A stretch of DNA of 64,000 nucleotides, from the IMG/VR virus record IMGVR_UViG_3300033148_006706, positions 1 through 64,000 of that record; one strand, 5' to 3'. The position numbers were made by a program, and so were the translations under genes. This stretch comes from a virus. Positions 10,305 to 19,363 of the stretch are shown here, one piece after another. The first letter of the stretch is position 1, and each line of letters starts with the position of its first letter. The notes under the pieces were generated by a model. That model saw only the letters and a list, made by a program, of their open reading frames with translations. It made no database searches and had not been told where the DNA came from.

Positions 10305-10346
10305 ATTTTTTTATAAAAAAATTTATATTTTATATACGGGAGAGTT

Positions 10347-10697
10347 ATGAAAGTAAATAAAGAAGGTAAAGAAATATTAGAAAGAATACATTTAATATCG
10401 GGAGTTAAAAAAGATGATGTAATTAGTGTATTGGAATCGTTATCGATTCTTATTGTTTTAAACTATCTTAATAATGATGATACTTATATCCCATTTATTG
10501 GAAATTGTCATTTAGAATATAAAGGTGATAAAGTAATAGATGGGAAAGCAGAAGCTGTAGTAAAATGTATCTTTAGTGTAGATGATTTTCTTCTCCGTAA
10601 CATCGGCCAAATAGAAGATGGTATTTCGGTTGATGCAGAAAAAATTCTTAAAAGGAAGATTTACTCTACATTAGGCGAATATCTAAACAAGGAGTAA
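10347..10697 (+). CDS. Hypothetical protein, possibly HU/IHF-like DNA-binding
   Basis: Two N-terminal helices followed by IPFIGN, resembling the HU fold. Confidence 0.4.
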   Translation: MKVNKEGKEILERIHLISGVKKDDVISVLESLSILIVLNYLNNDDTYIPFIGNCHLEYKGDKVIDGKAEAVVKCIFSVDDFLLRNIGQIEDGISVDAEKILKRKIYSTLGEYLNKE

Positions 10698-10737
10698 TAA
10701 TTAAAAATTTTTAAAGAAAAAGAGATACTTTTGAAAA

Positions 10738-11481
10738 ATGAAACTACCGAAATTTAGACCTTGTGTAAAGTGTGATAACGGATACATATATAGTACAAAT
10801 TCATTTAATGAACCTGTAGTTACAATTTGCTCATGTTTACAGAAATATCAGTATCAAATAAATCTGTTACAGAAATTAGAAAAAGCCAATATATTTCCTT
10901 CTCAATTTCTCTTGAAATATGATATAGATAACGATTATATCGGGCCTGATAAACAAGGTAATATACCAAAATTGAAAAAATTTATAAGGGAATTTAAGGA
11001 CACTTTTTATGATAAAACTCTGTATATATACGGAAAAGTTGGAACTCAAAAAACAACAGTTGCTAATTGGATAGCAAAAGAGTTGATAGAGAAAGGCGTA
11101 AGTGTTTATTTTACTTTTTTAAATGATTTAATAAAAGAATTGCAAGAAAATACTTTTAGTGAACTTGATTTGGAAGATAAATACTATGATTGTGATTGTC
11201 TTATTATAGACAGAGCTTTTGGTAGGGATAAAGTTACCATTTATAAAAGTGGATATCAAATTCCGTTCTTAGATAATTTCCTTCGTAGAAGAATAGATCA
11301 ATTAAATAAAGCAACTATTATTATATCAAATGATGCAATAGAGAATATATCTAAGAATGGATTTAACGAGGATATTCAAAGTTTGATCGAAAGAAAAACG
11401 AAACCGATTAAGTCAGTTTTTCTTTTTGAAGATTATTATGGAATTAAAGATGATTTTGGAACATTAAAGTTATGGGAATAA
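10738..11481 (+). CDS. DnaC/IstB-like helicase loader
   Basis: N-terminal CxxC..CxC, deviant P-loop GKVGTQKTT, TIIISN; directly upstream of DnaB. Confidence 0.75.
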   Translation: MKLPKFRPCVKCDNGYIYSTNSFNEPVVTICSCLQKYQYQINLLQKLEKANIFPSQFLLKYDIDNDYIGPDKQGNIPKLKKFIREFKDTFYDKTLYIYGKVGTQKTTVANWIAKELIEKGVSVYFTFLNDLIKELQENTFSELDLEDKYYDCDCLIIDRAFGRDKVTIYKSGYQIPFLDNFLRRRIDQLNKATIIISNDAIENISKNGFNEDIQSLIERKTKPIKSVFLFEDYYGIKDDFGTLKLWE

Positions 11482-11482
11482 T

Positions 11483-12904
11483 ATGAACGAAAAAAGTATT
11501 GTTTATCTTGAACAAAATATATTATCGTGTTGTATTGAAAATCCTAGATATATTTTTGATATTGATAGTAAGTTTTTTTTATCCGAAGAAGGGGCTGAGT
11601 TATTTAAAACATTTAAGAATCTTTATATTCGGGATTTACCAATTAATAAAAGAAATATTTTAATTGATTTAAGCAAAAAAAATAAATCAATACAAGAAAC
11701 TATTATTGATAGTTTATTTGATCTTAATGTTGAAAAAGATGAGTCAAATTTTCAAAAATACCTTAAAGATTTAAAAGAGCAACGATTTAAGTTTAATGTT
11801 ATAAAACAAATAATTCCTAGTATGCTTAAAGAAAGCTCTAAAGCAGAGGTTTCAATTGGCGAAATAACCGAACTTGTTCAAAGTATACAAGAAGAACTTT
11901 ATGAATTAAATAAGAAAGAAACAAAGTTGTATACTCCTGATCGTATGTTTAGTGATTATGAATTAACTTTGTATTCAAGGCAGGATACTGTATTTGATTA
12001 TAGTACAGGCGATAGTTATTTAGATAGCATGCTATTAGAAAAATTCCAACCAGGAAGAATAACAACAATATTTGGCCCTAGCGGAGTGGGTAAAAGTGCT
12101 TTTGCCTTATTTCTTGTAAATAGACAGATGCATAAGATGATTCCTAGTATGTATTTCACTCTTGAAATGACGTACGAATCTACTATGGATAGATTAGTTG
12201 CACAAATATTAAATATTCCTGTAAAAGAACTATACCCACAAATATATAGTAGAGATAACATTGAAGAGGTAAATCATTCAATTATTCAACAGGTAAGAGA
12301 GTTAAAAGAAAGATTTAAAGATTCGCAATTTTTTGAGCTTATTGAAGAGGATTCTTTGTACATTCATAATATTGAATCACTGATACGGGATTTTAAAGTT
12401 AAAAGTAAAGTTGATTATGTAATCGTAACGATTGATTTGTTAACTATGTTAAAAGAATTTAACGAGGGAAGTAAAAGTAAAGCGGATAAATATGAAGATG
12501 CTATGAATTTATTACATGAGATGGCAAGAAGAAATAATGTTCATATAGTGGGGGTAGTGCAGGGAAGAAGACAGAATGAAAGAGTTAATATTACAAGCAT
12601 AGATCAATTAGAAAGATTTAGACCCCAATCACAAGAAATAAAAAATTCGGGGGCTATTTATGAAAGATCACGAACAATATTGGGCATATTTAGAAAGAAG
12701 CACTTTGCTAATTTATATCTTCCAAATGATCCTAATACATCTATAATGCCAGATATAATGGAAATTGATATTTTAAAACAGAACATGGGGGCAACAGGAC
12801 GTATAAACTATTTGTTTGAACCTGAAACATATAGATTTATGAAAATTGTAGATAATGTAGAAGAGATAGAAAATTCAGGAGAGGGAAATGAAGATATTAG
12901 TTAA
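11483..12904 (+). CDS. DnaB-like replicative helicase
   Basis: GPSGVGKS, FTLEM, IDLL, Q motif, KNSGAI, ILKQ. Confidence 0.88.
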   Translation: MNEKSIVYLEQNILSCCIENPRYIFDIDSKFFLSEEGAELFKTFKNLYIRDLPINKRNILIDLSKKNKSIQETIIDSLFDLNVEKDESNFQKYLKDLKEQRFKFNVIKQIIPSMLKESSKAEVSIGEITELVQSIQEELYELNKKETKLYTPDRMFSDYELTLYSRQDTVFDYSTGDSYLDSMLLEKFQPGRITTIFGPSGVGKSAFALFLVNRQMHKMIPSMYFTLEMTYESTMDRLVAQILNIPVKELYPQIYSRDNIEEVNHSIIQQVRELKERFKDSQFFELIEEDSLYIHNIESLIRDFKVKSKVDYVIVTIDLLTMLKEFNEGSKSKADKYEDAMNLLHEMARRNNVHIVGVVQGRRQNERVNITSIDQLERFRPQSQEIKNSGAIYERSRTILGIFRKKHFANLYLPNDPNTSIMPDIMEIDILKQNMGATGRINYLFEPETYRFMKIVDNVEEIENSGEGNEDIS

Positions 12905-12964
12905 AAAATTTTTAAAAAAAATTTATATTATAATTAAAGAAAAATCTTTTTAAGGAGTGTAAAA

Positions 12965-13822
12965 ATGAATAATTTTAATTCTGTACAAGGACTTGATCTT
13001 AATCAAGTCAAACAAAGTATAGCGTTTCCTATTTCACGTATGGATTTAGTAACAGAAAATCCACATGAGGAAACAAAATTTCAACTAGTACGGAGGGAAG
13101 ATACGGGGAGGAAGTTAGGTATTATTAGAAAAAATCATCCCACTATTCCATATCCGGATGTTATGGATTGGCTTACTGCTGAATTTGATAACGCTGAAGT
13201 AGTATATAAACTTCGAGATTCGGTAGTAAAAAATGATGGGTCATTATTTCAAGAATATCTTTTTGATTACAATATTGAACCGCCAGATGGTGAGGATATC
13301 TCCCCTCTTGTTATAGTAAAATCAAGTTACGTAGGCCCCCCGCTTGATATATACTTCGGCACCTATCGATTTGTGTGTAGTAATGGAGTAATAACAGGGG
13401 AAACAATTGAAAAAATTCACATTAATGCACGATCCTCCGATATTCTTAATTCATCTATTCGAGATGATATAAGAGTGTCCTTAGATAAATTTGAAAGAGT
13501 AGCGGGGCTGTATAAAAATCTTACTCATGAAAAATTTAATCCATATCTTAATGCAGTCATTGCCAATATGTATATTTCAACTGGAGTTAAGAAAGTAATT
13601 CTTAAAGAACTTCAAAAACAAGGCAGTGTTGAATTATTAAAAGAAAAAATTAAAGCTGAAGACTTTAATGAAAATTTTAGAGAAAATCTATTCAATATAA
13701 TAAATGAAATTACCGCATGGGAATTTTACAATATTGTAACTAATATTGCCACAAGAAAGAGTAATACTGTAGCGGCTCGATTAGGAAATTACATAAATAT
13801 TTCTAAGGTATTTAGAATTTAA
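12965..13822 (+). CDS. DUF932-like protein
   Basis: RFVCSNG motif; RREDTG..LG. Confidence 0.7.
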   Translation: MNNFNSVQGLDLNQVKQSIAFPISRMDLVTENPHEETKFQLVRREDTGRKLGIIRKNHPTIPYPDVMDWLTAEFDNAEVVYKLRDSVVKNDGSLFQEYLFDYNIEPPDGEDISPLVIVKSSYVGPPLDIYFGTYRFVCSNGVITGETIEKIHINARSSDILNSSIRDDIRVSLDKFERVAGLYKNLTHEKFNPYLNAVIANMYISTGVKKVILKELQKQGSVELLKEKIKAEDFNENFRENLFNIINEITAWEFYNIVTNIATRKSNTVAARLGNYINISKVFRI

Positions 13823-13830
13823 ATAGAATT

Positions 13831-13942
13831 GGGGATGCAATTGGTTCGACTGTTAAAATAACACGGGGAGAGATACGATGCTCTCCCCGTGCTTTAAAAG
13901 ACGACTTTAACTAGGACGAGGGTTCAAGGCCCTCCATCTCCA
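13831..13942 (+). ncRNA. Miniature tmRNA-like RNA (Ala tRNA-like domain, no evident mRNA-like domain)
   Basis: 5' GGGGATG pairs with 3' CATCTCC-A, giving G3.U70. Stemless D-loop ending TTCGAC; GGAC before the T-arm GAGGG-TTCAAGG-CCCTC; helix-2-like GTTAAA/TTTAAC enclosing an 11-bp hairpin. Confidence 0.8.
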
Positions 13943-13958
13943 AAAGTAGAGAAGTAAT

Positions 13959-14219
13959 ATGGTGTGTTTAGAGGATAAAGATAAAGATACTGCACTTACA
14001 AAAGTGGCGATAGGATTTACTCAAGCCGGCAATACTTTAGGAACTACTTCAGATATGGAGGAGTTAACATTGGAGGTGGAAAGTCAGTATGGCGATATTT
14101 CTAAGGGGGGACTTTTTTTTGTTCTAAGAACTAATACAGGATGGAGTTTTGATAATATTAACGATATTGAACAAACGATAAGAAAATTATGGAGTAAATT
14201 AAAAAATATAAAAATTTAA
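13959..14219 (+). CDS. Hypothetical protein
   Basis: ORF only. Confidence 0.6.
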   Translation: MVCLEDKDKDTALTKVAIGFTQAGNTLGTTSDMEELTLEVESQYGDISKGGLFFVLRTNTGWSFDNINDIEQTIRKLWSKLKNIKI

Positions 14220-14264
14220 ATTTTTAAATAAAAAATTGAACCACATACTAATATATTGTAAAAG

Positions 14265-14708
14265 GTGGTTTTTATGCTTAAGGCGATTGTAACAGGATCA
14301 AAAAATTTTAGTGATTATAAATTTCTCGAGGATATAATTGATGAAGTTTTATTTGAGATATACGTTTTTTCAAAAGGATTTAATTATGTTGAAATAGTGT
14401 CAGGAACATCTTCTAAAGGGGTTGACAGTCTTAGTGTACAGTATGCAAAGAGTAGAAATTATCAAATTAAACAATTTCCAGTACAATGGGATTTATATGG
14501 TAGAAGAGCGGGAATATTACGCAACAATGAAATGGCAAAGTATTTATACAGAAATATATACGAGCACAAAGGGCTTGGAATTTGTATATGTTTTTGGGAT
14601 GAAAAAAGTAAAGGCACTGCCAATATGATTGATACTGCAAAGCAGTATAATATTCCTACTTATGTAATAAATTATAATTCCCTAGAATGGGATGAGGAGG
14701 AAATATAA
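14265..14708 (+). CDS. DUF2493/YspA-like SLOG family protein
   Basis: IVTGSKNF, IVSG..GVD, W..YG..AG..RN.EM, FWD..SKGT..MI. Confidence 0.8.
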   Translation: MVFMLKAIVTGSKNFSDYKFLEDIIDEVLFEIYVFSKGFNYVEIVSGTSSKGVDSLSVQYAKSRNYQIKQFPVQWDLYGRRAGILRNNEMAKYLYRNIYEHKGLGICICFWDEKSKGTANMIDTAKQYNIPTYVINYNSLEWDEEEI

Positions 14709-14848
14709 TGGGAGATAAGGTGAAACTTAATGAAAAAGAAATAACTCGAGAAGAATTAGAAAAAAAGAAAGAAGAGATCGCAAACATGTCAGGAGCTCGA
14801 ATAGTTGAAGTCCGACCCGGAGAATTCAAGATTAGACTTTACGATTAA
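14708..14848 (+). CDS. Small hypothetical protein (46 aa, below the ORF-track cutoff)
   Basis: TAATG coupling, RBS GAGGAGG; MGDKVKLNEKEITREELEKKKEEIANMSGARIVEVRPGEFKIRLYD. Confidence 0.65.
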   Translation: MGDKVKLNEKEITREELEKKKEEIANMSGARIVEVRPGEFKIRLYD

Positions 14849-14876
14849 TTTTTTTTTAAAAAGGAAATCAGAAAAC

Positions 14877-15254
14877 ATGGAAAAAAAAGAAGAAAAAAAT
14901 AGAATAAAAAAATTTGAAAATGATCCGCCTAAAAATTTATATTCTAGACTTGCATATCGATACCTTTTTAATAGATTAAAGACGTATATTCGAATTGTTA
15001 TGGTGCATAAAAAAACTGAAGAAGAAGCAAAAGCTGAAATATATCGACATCTTGTTCGCTATATGCTTAAAATACAAGAATGTATAGATCAATTTGAAAA
15101 GGATTTAGAAAATTTATTAGAGGATGGCGACAGAGTTTATTTTCCATTAGAAGAGGAATGTATAGAAAAGACGAATGGCAAAATTCAAATAGTTTCAGTT
15201 GGAAAAGATCAAATTCATAAATGGGTAAAAACTTATAAAAAAAATGAACAATAA
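14877..15254 (+). CDS. Hypothetical protein
   Basis: ATG 14877 after AAGGA. Confidence 0.6.
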   Translation: MEKKEEKNRIKKFENDPPKNLYSRLAYRYLFNRLKTYIRIVMVHKKTEEEAKAEIYRHLVRYMLKIQECIDQFEKDLENLLEDGDRVYFPLEEECIEKTNGKIQIVSVGKDQIHKWVKTYKKNEQ

Positions 15255-15313
15255 TAAAAAATTATCATAAAATGTATATATTAATATTAAAAATAAAACG
15301 GGGGTATCTAGAA

Positions 15314-15502
15314 ATGAAAAGAACGTTAAATGAAATAACCGCAATCATTAAATTAAAGACCGATTTTGAAAAACTTAAAGCATTATTTATATTGTTGAAT
15401 ATCGATTTTGAAGTTGCTGGCAATAGTCTGCGCATAGAAAATAGAAGATTTGATTTTGGACCAAAAACTGGAGATTTAACTAATATTGAAGATTGTGAAT
15501 GA
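15314..15502 (+). CDS. Hypothetical protein
   Basis: ATG after GGGGG RBS. Confidence 0.55.
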   Translation: MKRTLNEITAIIKLKTDFEKLKALFILLNIDFEVAGNSLRIENRRFDFGPKTGDLTNIEDCE

Positions 15503-15530
15503 AAAAAAGAAAGATAGGAGTTAAAATAAT

Positions 15531-16481
15531 ATGAAAAATAAAATTATCATATTCGGTGATGATCATATTCGATATGATGAGCCTTTCTTTAGCGCTAAAA
15601 AAGATTATTTTCAATGGGTAATACAGCAAGATTTTAATAATAAAGATAATATAGCAATTCATGTTGGGGATTTGTTTCATAGTAATCATCCAACTCCTCG
15701 TGAGTATGATTTAGCGTATTGGTTTTTACAAAAGTTAAGATTTTCTAAAGTATTTATTCTCTCGGGAAATGGTATACATGAATATAACAGAGTAAAAGAG
15801 ACGTATGCTATAAAACCTCTTGATAGAATAGATAATGTAGAAATTATTATTAAACCACAGGAATCGAAGTTAGGTAATCTTAATATTTTATTCCTTCCAT
15901 GGATTCCAAGTCGTTATTATAATGACATGACTATGAGGGAGTGGTATGAAGGTCTTCCAGAGAAAGAGTACGATTATATATTTGGACATTTTGCTCACAA
16001 AGAATTTTACGGAACTGAAATTGATATTTCCCAATTAAAAGGGAAAAAAAGAATGGGGCATATCCATGTGCCTGATGATGAGTATGTTGGAGTAAATACA
16101 ATTACAAGAGCAGATGAAAAAGGAATACATTGCAGGCTTAATTGTATTGATATGTTTACAGGAGAGGAAGAACTTATCGAAATTCCCAAATTTTTAGACT
16201 ATTATGAAGTAGAATACCCAAATAAATTGCCGGATAATATAGAAGCTCGATATTCGATATGGACGGTTACTAATGCTCCATCAAAAGAAAAAGCTGAACA
16301 GAAGTACAGTTACATTTATATAAAGAATATTGTTCTAGATAATAAAAGTTTGTCCAGGAGCAATAATAAAAATACTAATATAACAGGAAAAAAAGCGTCA
16401 ATAAGGGAATATTTTGATTTCTTTATACAGGACTATGGAATAAGTAAAGAAATAGAAAAAAAATTAAGGAGTGTTATATGA
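15531..16481 (+). CDS. SbcD/Mre11-like metallophosphoesterase nuclease (T4 gp47-like)
   Basis: GDDH, GDLFH, GNGIHE, GHF, GHIH motifs. Confidence 0.85.
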   Translation: MKNKIIIFGDDHIRYDEPFFSAKKDYFQWVIQQDFNNKDNIAIHVGDLFHSNHPTPREYDLAYWFLQKLRFSKVFILSGNGIHEYNRVKETYAIKPLDRIDNVEIIIKPQESKLGNLNILFLPWIPSRYYNDMTMREWYEGLPEKEYDYIFGHFAHKEFYGTEIDISQLKGKKRMGHIHVPDDEYVGVNTITRADEKGIHCRLNCIDMFTGEEELIEIPKFLDYYEVEYPNKLPDNIEARYSIWTVTNAPSKEKAEQKYSYIYIKNIVLDNKSLSRSNNKNTNITGKKASIREYFDFFIQDYGISKEIEKKLRSVI

Positions 16482-16687
16482 TTGACATAAAAATAAGAGA
16501 CGTGGAATTAGAGTTAACAGAGAAAGAGGCCTGGAATTTATATGATAATTTAAGTAAATTTTTTAAGGAAAAAGAAATGGGAAGTTATAAAAATTTATCG
16601 GATACTTCAAAAGATAATGAATTAAAGGTGGATTTGGAATGTTGGGGAAGCTCGAAAAGTCCATCTGTAAATTTGTATATTAAATAG
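16478..16687 (+). CDS. Hypothetical protein
   Basis: ATGA overlap, RBS AAGGAG. Confidence 0.6.
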   Translation: MIDIKIRDVELELTEKEAWNLYDNLSKFFKEKEMGSYKNLSDTSKDNELKVDLECWGSSKSPSVNLYIK

Positions 16688-16721
16688 CAACTATTAAGAG
16701 GGGAGGCATTAAAAGTTATTT

Positions 16722-16979
16722 ATGAAAGTATGTAGAGATTTTGAAGTAGGAAAGACAGCATATAGCTATAAATGTAAAATATGTGGATTAAACGAAGACC
16801 TTTACTATCACATGGACGAGGAAAGACCAAAGAGCTATCAATGTCCTATGTGTAAAACTAAAAATTCAATGTACAGAGTATATGGGAATAATAAAATTAT
16901 TATTCCATTTCAATGGGGGACTACAGATAACGAGATAAAATTTGATAAAAGGCCGAGTAGAAGGAAACAATATTTTTGA
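16722..16979 (+). CDS. FmdB-like zinc-ribbon protein
   Basis: YSYKCKICG...CPMC...RVYG. Confidence 0.7.
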   Translation: MKVCRDFEVGKTAYSYKCKICGLNEDLYYHMDEERPKSYQCPMCKTKNSMYRVYGNNKIIIPFQWGTTDNEIKFDKRPSRRKQYF

Positions 16980-17028
16980 TAATTACTAATATGGTATGTA
17001 TTAAGATTTAGTAAAAAAAAGAGGAAAT

Positions 17029-18840
17029 ATGGCAAATAATAGCATAATTGATAAGCTAAAAAGTATATTTAATATTTCCAGTGTAAAGACAAATAGTGGC
17101 AATCAGAAAAGGGTGCATCCAGGATATAGAGATGTTAAAACTGGGAAAATAAAACCGGTTAAGTTCCCCGACGACATATTACGTCTTTATGATTATTGGT
17201 TAAAGGATACATTTGAAACTTCATCTTCACTTAAAAATAGACTTGAAAGGTATGCGGCTTTATCTTATGCTTATTATAATAACACTATTTTTTCAAAAGC
17301 TGTTAATCTTTATGCCGATGAAACTGTACAAAGTGATGTAAATGATGAAATATTAAGCGTAGAGGCTGATAAAAAAGTAAAAAATTATATATATGATTTT
17401 CTAGATAAGTTGGGAGTTAGAGAAGGGCAGAAATTGTATGACGTGGCCCATAATTTGGTATTATATGGCGACTCCTTTTGGATAAACTCAATTGATTATA
17501 GAAAAGGAAGCGGTTATACAGATAGTACTCCTGTAAATGTAGAGGATATATCAGATAGAATTGAATTTAATGCATCTAATGTAGCAAAAGATCAGAGAAG
17601 AAACAATAAGTTTCTTATTCATATTCAAAAAGATACTCGTCTTAATATTATTTATAAAATGCTGCAAGATACGAAAGAAAATAATGATTATTCTCAATTT
17701 TTTAAATCTTATCTATTTGGTTTTTGGTTATCAAATAAAGTTTATTTGCCTCCTTGGAATGTTAGCCATTTTAGAATGTTTACTACTATGAATGAATTTG
17801 CTCCTTTCGGTAGACCTGTTATGATTAATTGTTTAGGCCCATATAGACAACTTCAAGCCGGGAAAAATCTTATGGCATTAGCAAGACCTTATAATTTCCC
17901 AATCAAAAAATTTGAAGTAAAAGTAGATGAAAATATGGATCAAGGAGATATATGGGAGGTTGTTGATGAAGCTAAAAGTGAGTATCACAACCTTGGTTAT
18001 AGTGAAACTGATAAAGAACAGTTCGCTATGGGTGGTGAAGTGTGGCTTCCTCAAGGCCTTTTAAATATGGATAATATTGAAAGCAGAATGGATCTTGATG
18101 CTATTGCAGATATTGAAATGCTGCGAGATGATCTTATCATGGGTACGGATATTCCCAAGGGGTATCTAATAGTAGATAGGGCGAGCTTTGGTACAAGTGG
18201 TCAGGCTTTATTACGACAACATAAACCATTTGCACGTTCAGTGTTTAAGATCCAAACAGTTATTCTGGAACAAATTTCACAATTAATCCGTTTACAATTT
18301 GTAATTAGTAATGATTTTGATTATGATACGCCTTTTGAATTAAGTATGCCGTTTCCTGAAGTTGAGGAGAGTAGTGATAGATTAAGGATGAAGAGTGATA
18401 CGCTTAGACTTGCCAAGGACGTACTAGATAACATAGGGGATGCAATAGGTCTTGAACGAGGAGAGGCGCTGCCTCCCGATGTTGTAAAAGCAGTGTTTTC
18501 ACAAATTTCATTTCTGAATGATGATGATATAATAAAATGGATTGACGATACAATAAAAATGCAACAGCAAAAGCCTGATGAAGGAGAGGAGTCTAAAGAC
18601 TATATGTTTGAAAGTAAAAAATTTGCAAATAGGAATAAGATACAGGAACGTTTGACTCCGAAAACAATACGTGAATGCTGGAATAAAGCTAGAAAAAATA
18701 CAAGAATATATGAAAACATTAGTAACGACAGGCATCATTATAGCTCTTATAATATGAACCCCGATCATAGATTACAATTGGAACTTTTATCAATTGATCC
18801 TAAAAAATTAAAGGAAAAATATGGTATTAATAAGGAATAA
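17029..18840 (+). CDS. Portal protein (T4 gp20-like)
   Basis: YADE, YGDSF, HFR, PFGRP, DI..LRD.L...IPKGYL, FAR; position in the head module. Confidence 0.88.
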   Translation: MANNSIIDKLKSIFNISSVKTNSGNQKRVHPGYRDVKTGKIKPVKFPDDILRLYDYWLKDTFETSSSLKNRLERYAALSYAYYNNTIFSKAVNLYADETVQSDVNDEILSVEADKKVKNYIYDFLDKLGVREGQKLYDVAHNLVLYGDSFWINSIDYRKGSGYTDSTPVNVEDISDRIEFNASNVAKDQRRNNKFLIHIQKDTRLNIIYKMLQDTKENNDYSQFFKSYLFGFWLSNKVYLPPWNVSHFRMFTTMNEFAPFGRPVMINCLGPYRQLQAGKNLMALARPYNFPIKKFEVKVDENMDQGDIWEVVDEAKSEYHNLGYSETDKEQFAMGGEVWLPQGLLNMDNIESRMDLDAIADIEMLRDDLIMGTDIPKGYLIVDRASFGTSGQALLRQHKPFARSVFKIQTVILEQISQLIRLQFVISNDFDYDTPFELSMPFPEVEESSDRLRMKSDTLRLAKDVLDNIGDAIGLERGEALPPDVVKAVFSQISFLNDDDIIKWIDDTIKMQQQKPDEGEESKDYMFESKKFANRNKIQERLTPKTIRECWNKARKNTRIYENISNDRHHYSSYNMNPDHRLQLELLSIDPKKLKEKYGINKE

Positions 18841-18911
18841 TTTTTAAATCTTTATACTAATATAATATATAAAGTATTTAATAGAGAAAAAACATTTTTA
18901 GGAGTTGAAAT

Positions 18912-19301
18912 ATGAGAGAACAAGATTACTTAGTAAGTACAAATGAATTCGCTTCATTAGATGAGCTTGCTGATGCTACCGTGAAATGGTTTCGGAGATA
19001 TCGCCCTATGCATAGATTTGTAAATGCCTCTGCTAAATGGGCGAATAAAGAAAAAACCAAAGCGATTGTCTATTGTGGAGATAGCGGTCATGTGCATGAA
19101 CTTGTTCTTAGAGAAAATCCTGAGATATCTTATGCTGACGCTACATTTTATGCCTGGTACCTAGTGAATGAAAGAGAAAAAGTAAGAAGAAAGAGAAATA
19201 CAATTATTGAAATTCAAGAAAATATAGAAATTGATCAAGGAGATGAGATTATCATCCTTGAAAAAGGTGATAAAATAAGAATTCTTGATAAAAATAGATA
19301 G
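18912..19301 (+). CDS. Hypothetical head-region protein with C-terminal LxKGDKI module
   Basis: Late motif and RBS; IIEIQENIEIDQGDEIIILEKGDKIRIL. Confidence 0.7.
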   Translation: MREQDYLVSTNEFASLDELADATVKWFRRYRPMHRFVNASAKWANKEKTKAIVYCGDSGHVHELVLRENPEISYADATFYAWYLVNEREKVRRKRNTIIEIQENIEIDQGDEIIILEKGDKIRILDKNR

Positions 19302-19363
19302 TTTTCCCCTTTTAAAGGAGTTGTTTTGATAAAAAACAAATTAGTGAGAGGATTAAATATACA

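Noticed and set aside
13862-13900. The hairpin as simply a terminator for DUF932, or the element as an attP fragment of host ssrA
   Set aside because: Only a 3-nt T-run follows the hairpin, and it is enclosed by both paired tmRNA termini. attP sites normally carry only one end of the gene, and no integrase is visible.
13891-13914. Tag reading frame in the mini-tmRNA (GCT TTA AAA GAC GAC TTT AAC TAG = ALKDDFN*)
   Set aside because: It overlaps the helix-2 3' strand, lacks a proper upstream resume context and pseudoknot, and does not end in a hydrophobic/AA degron. Not supportable, though worth re-checking in homologs.
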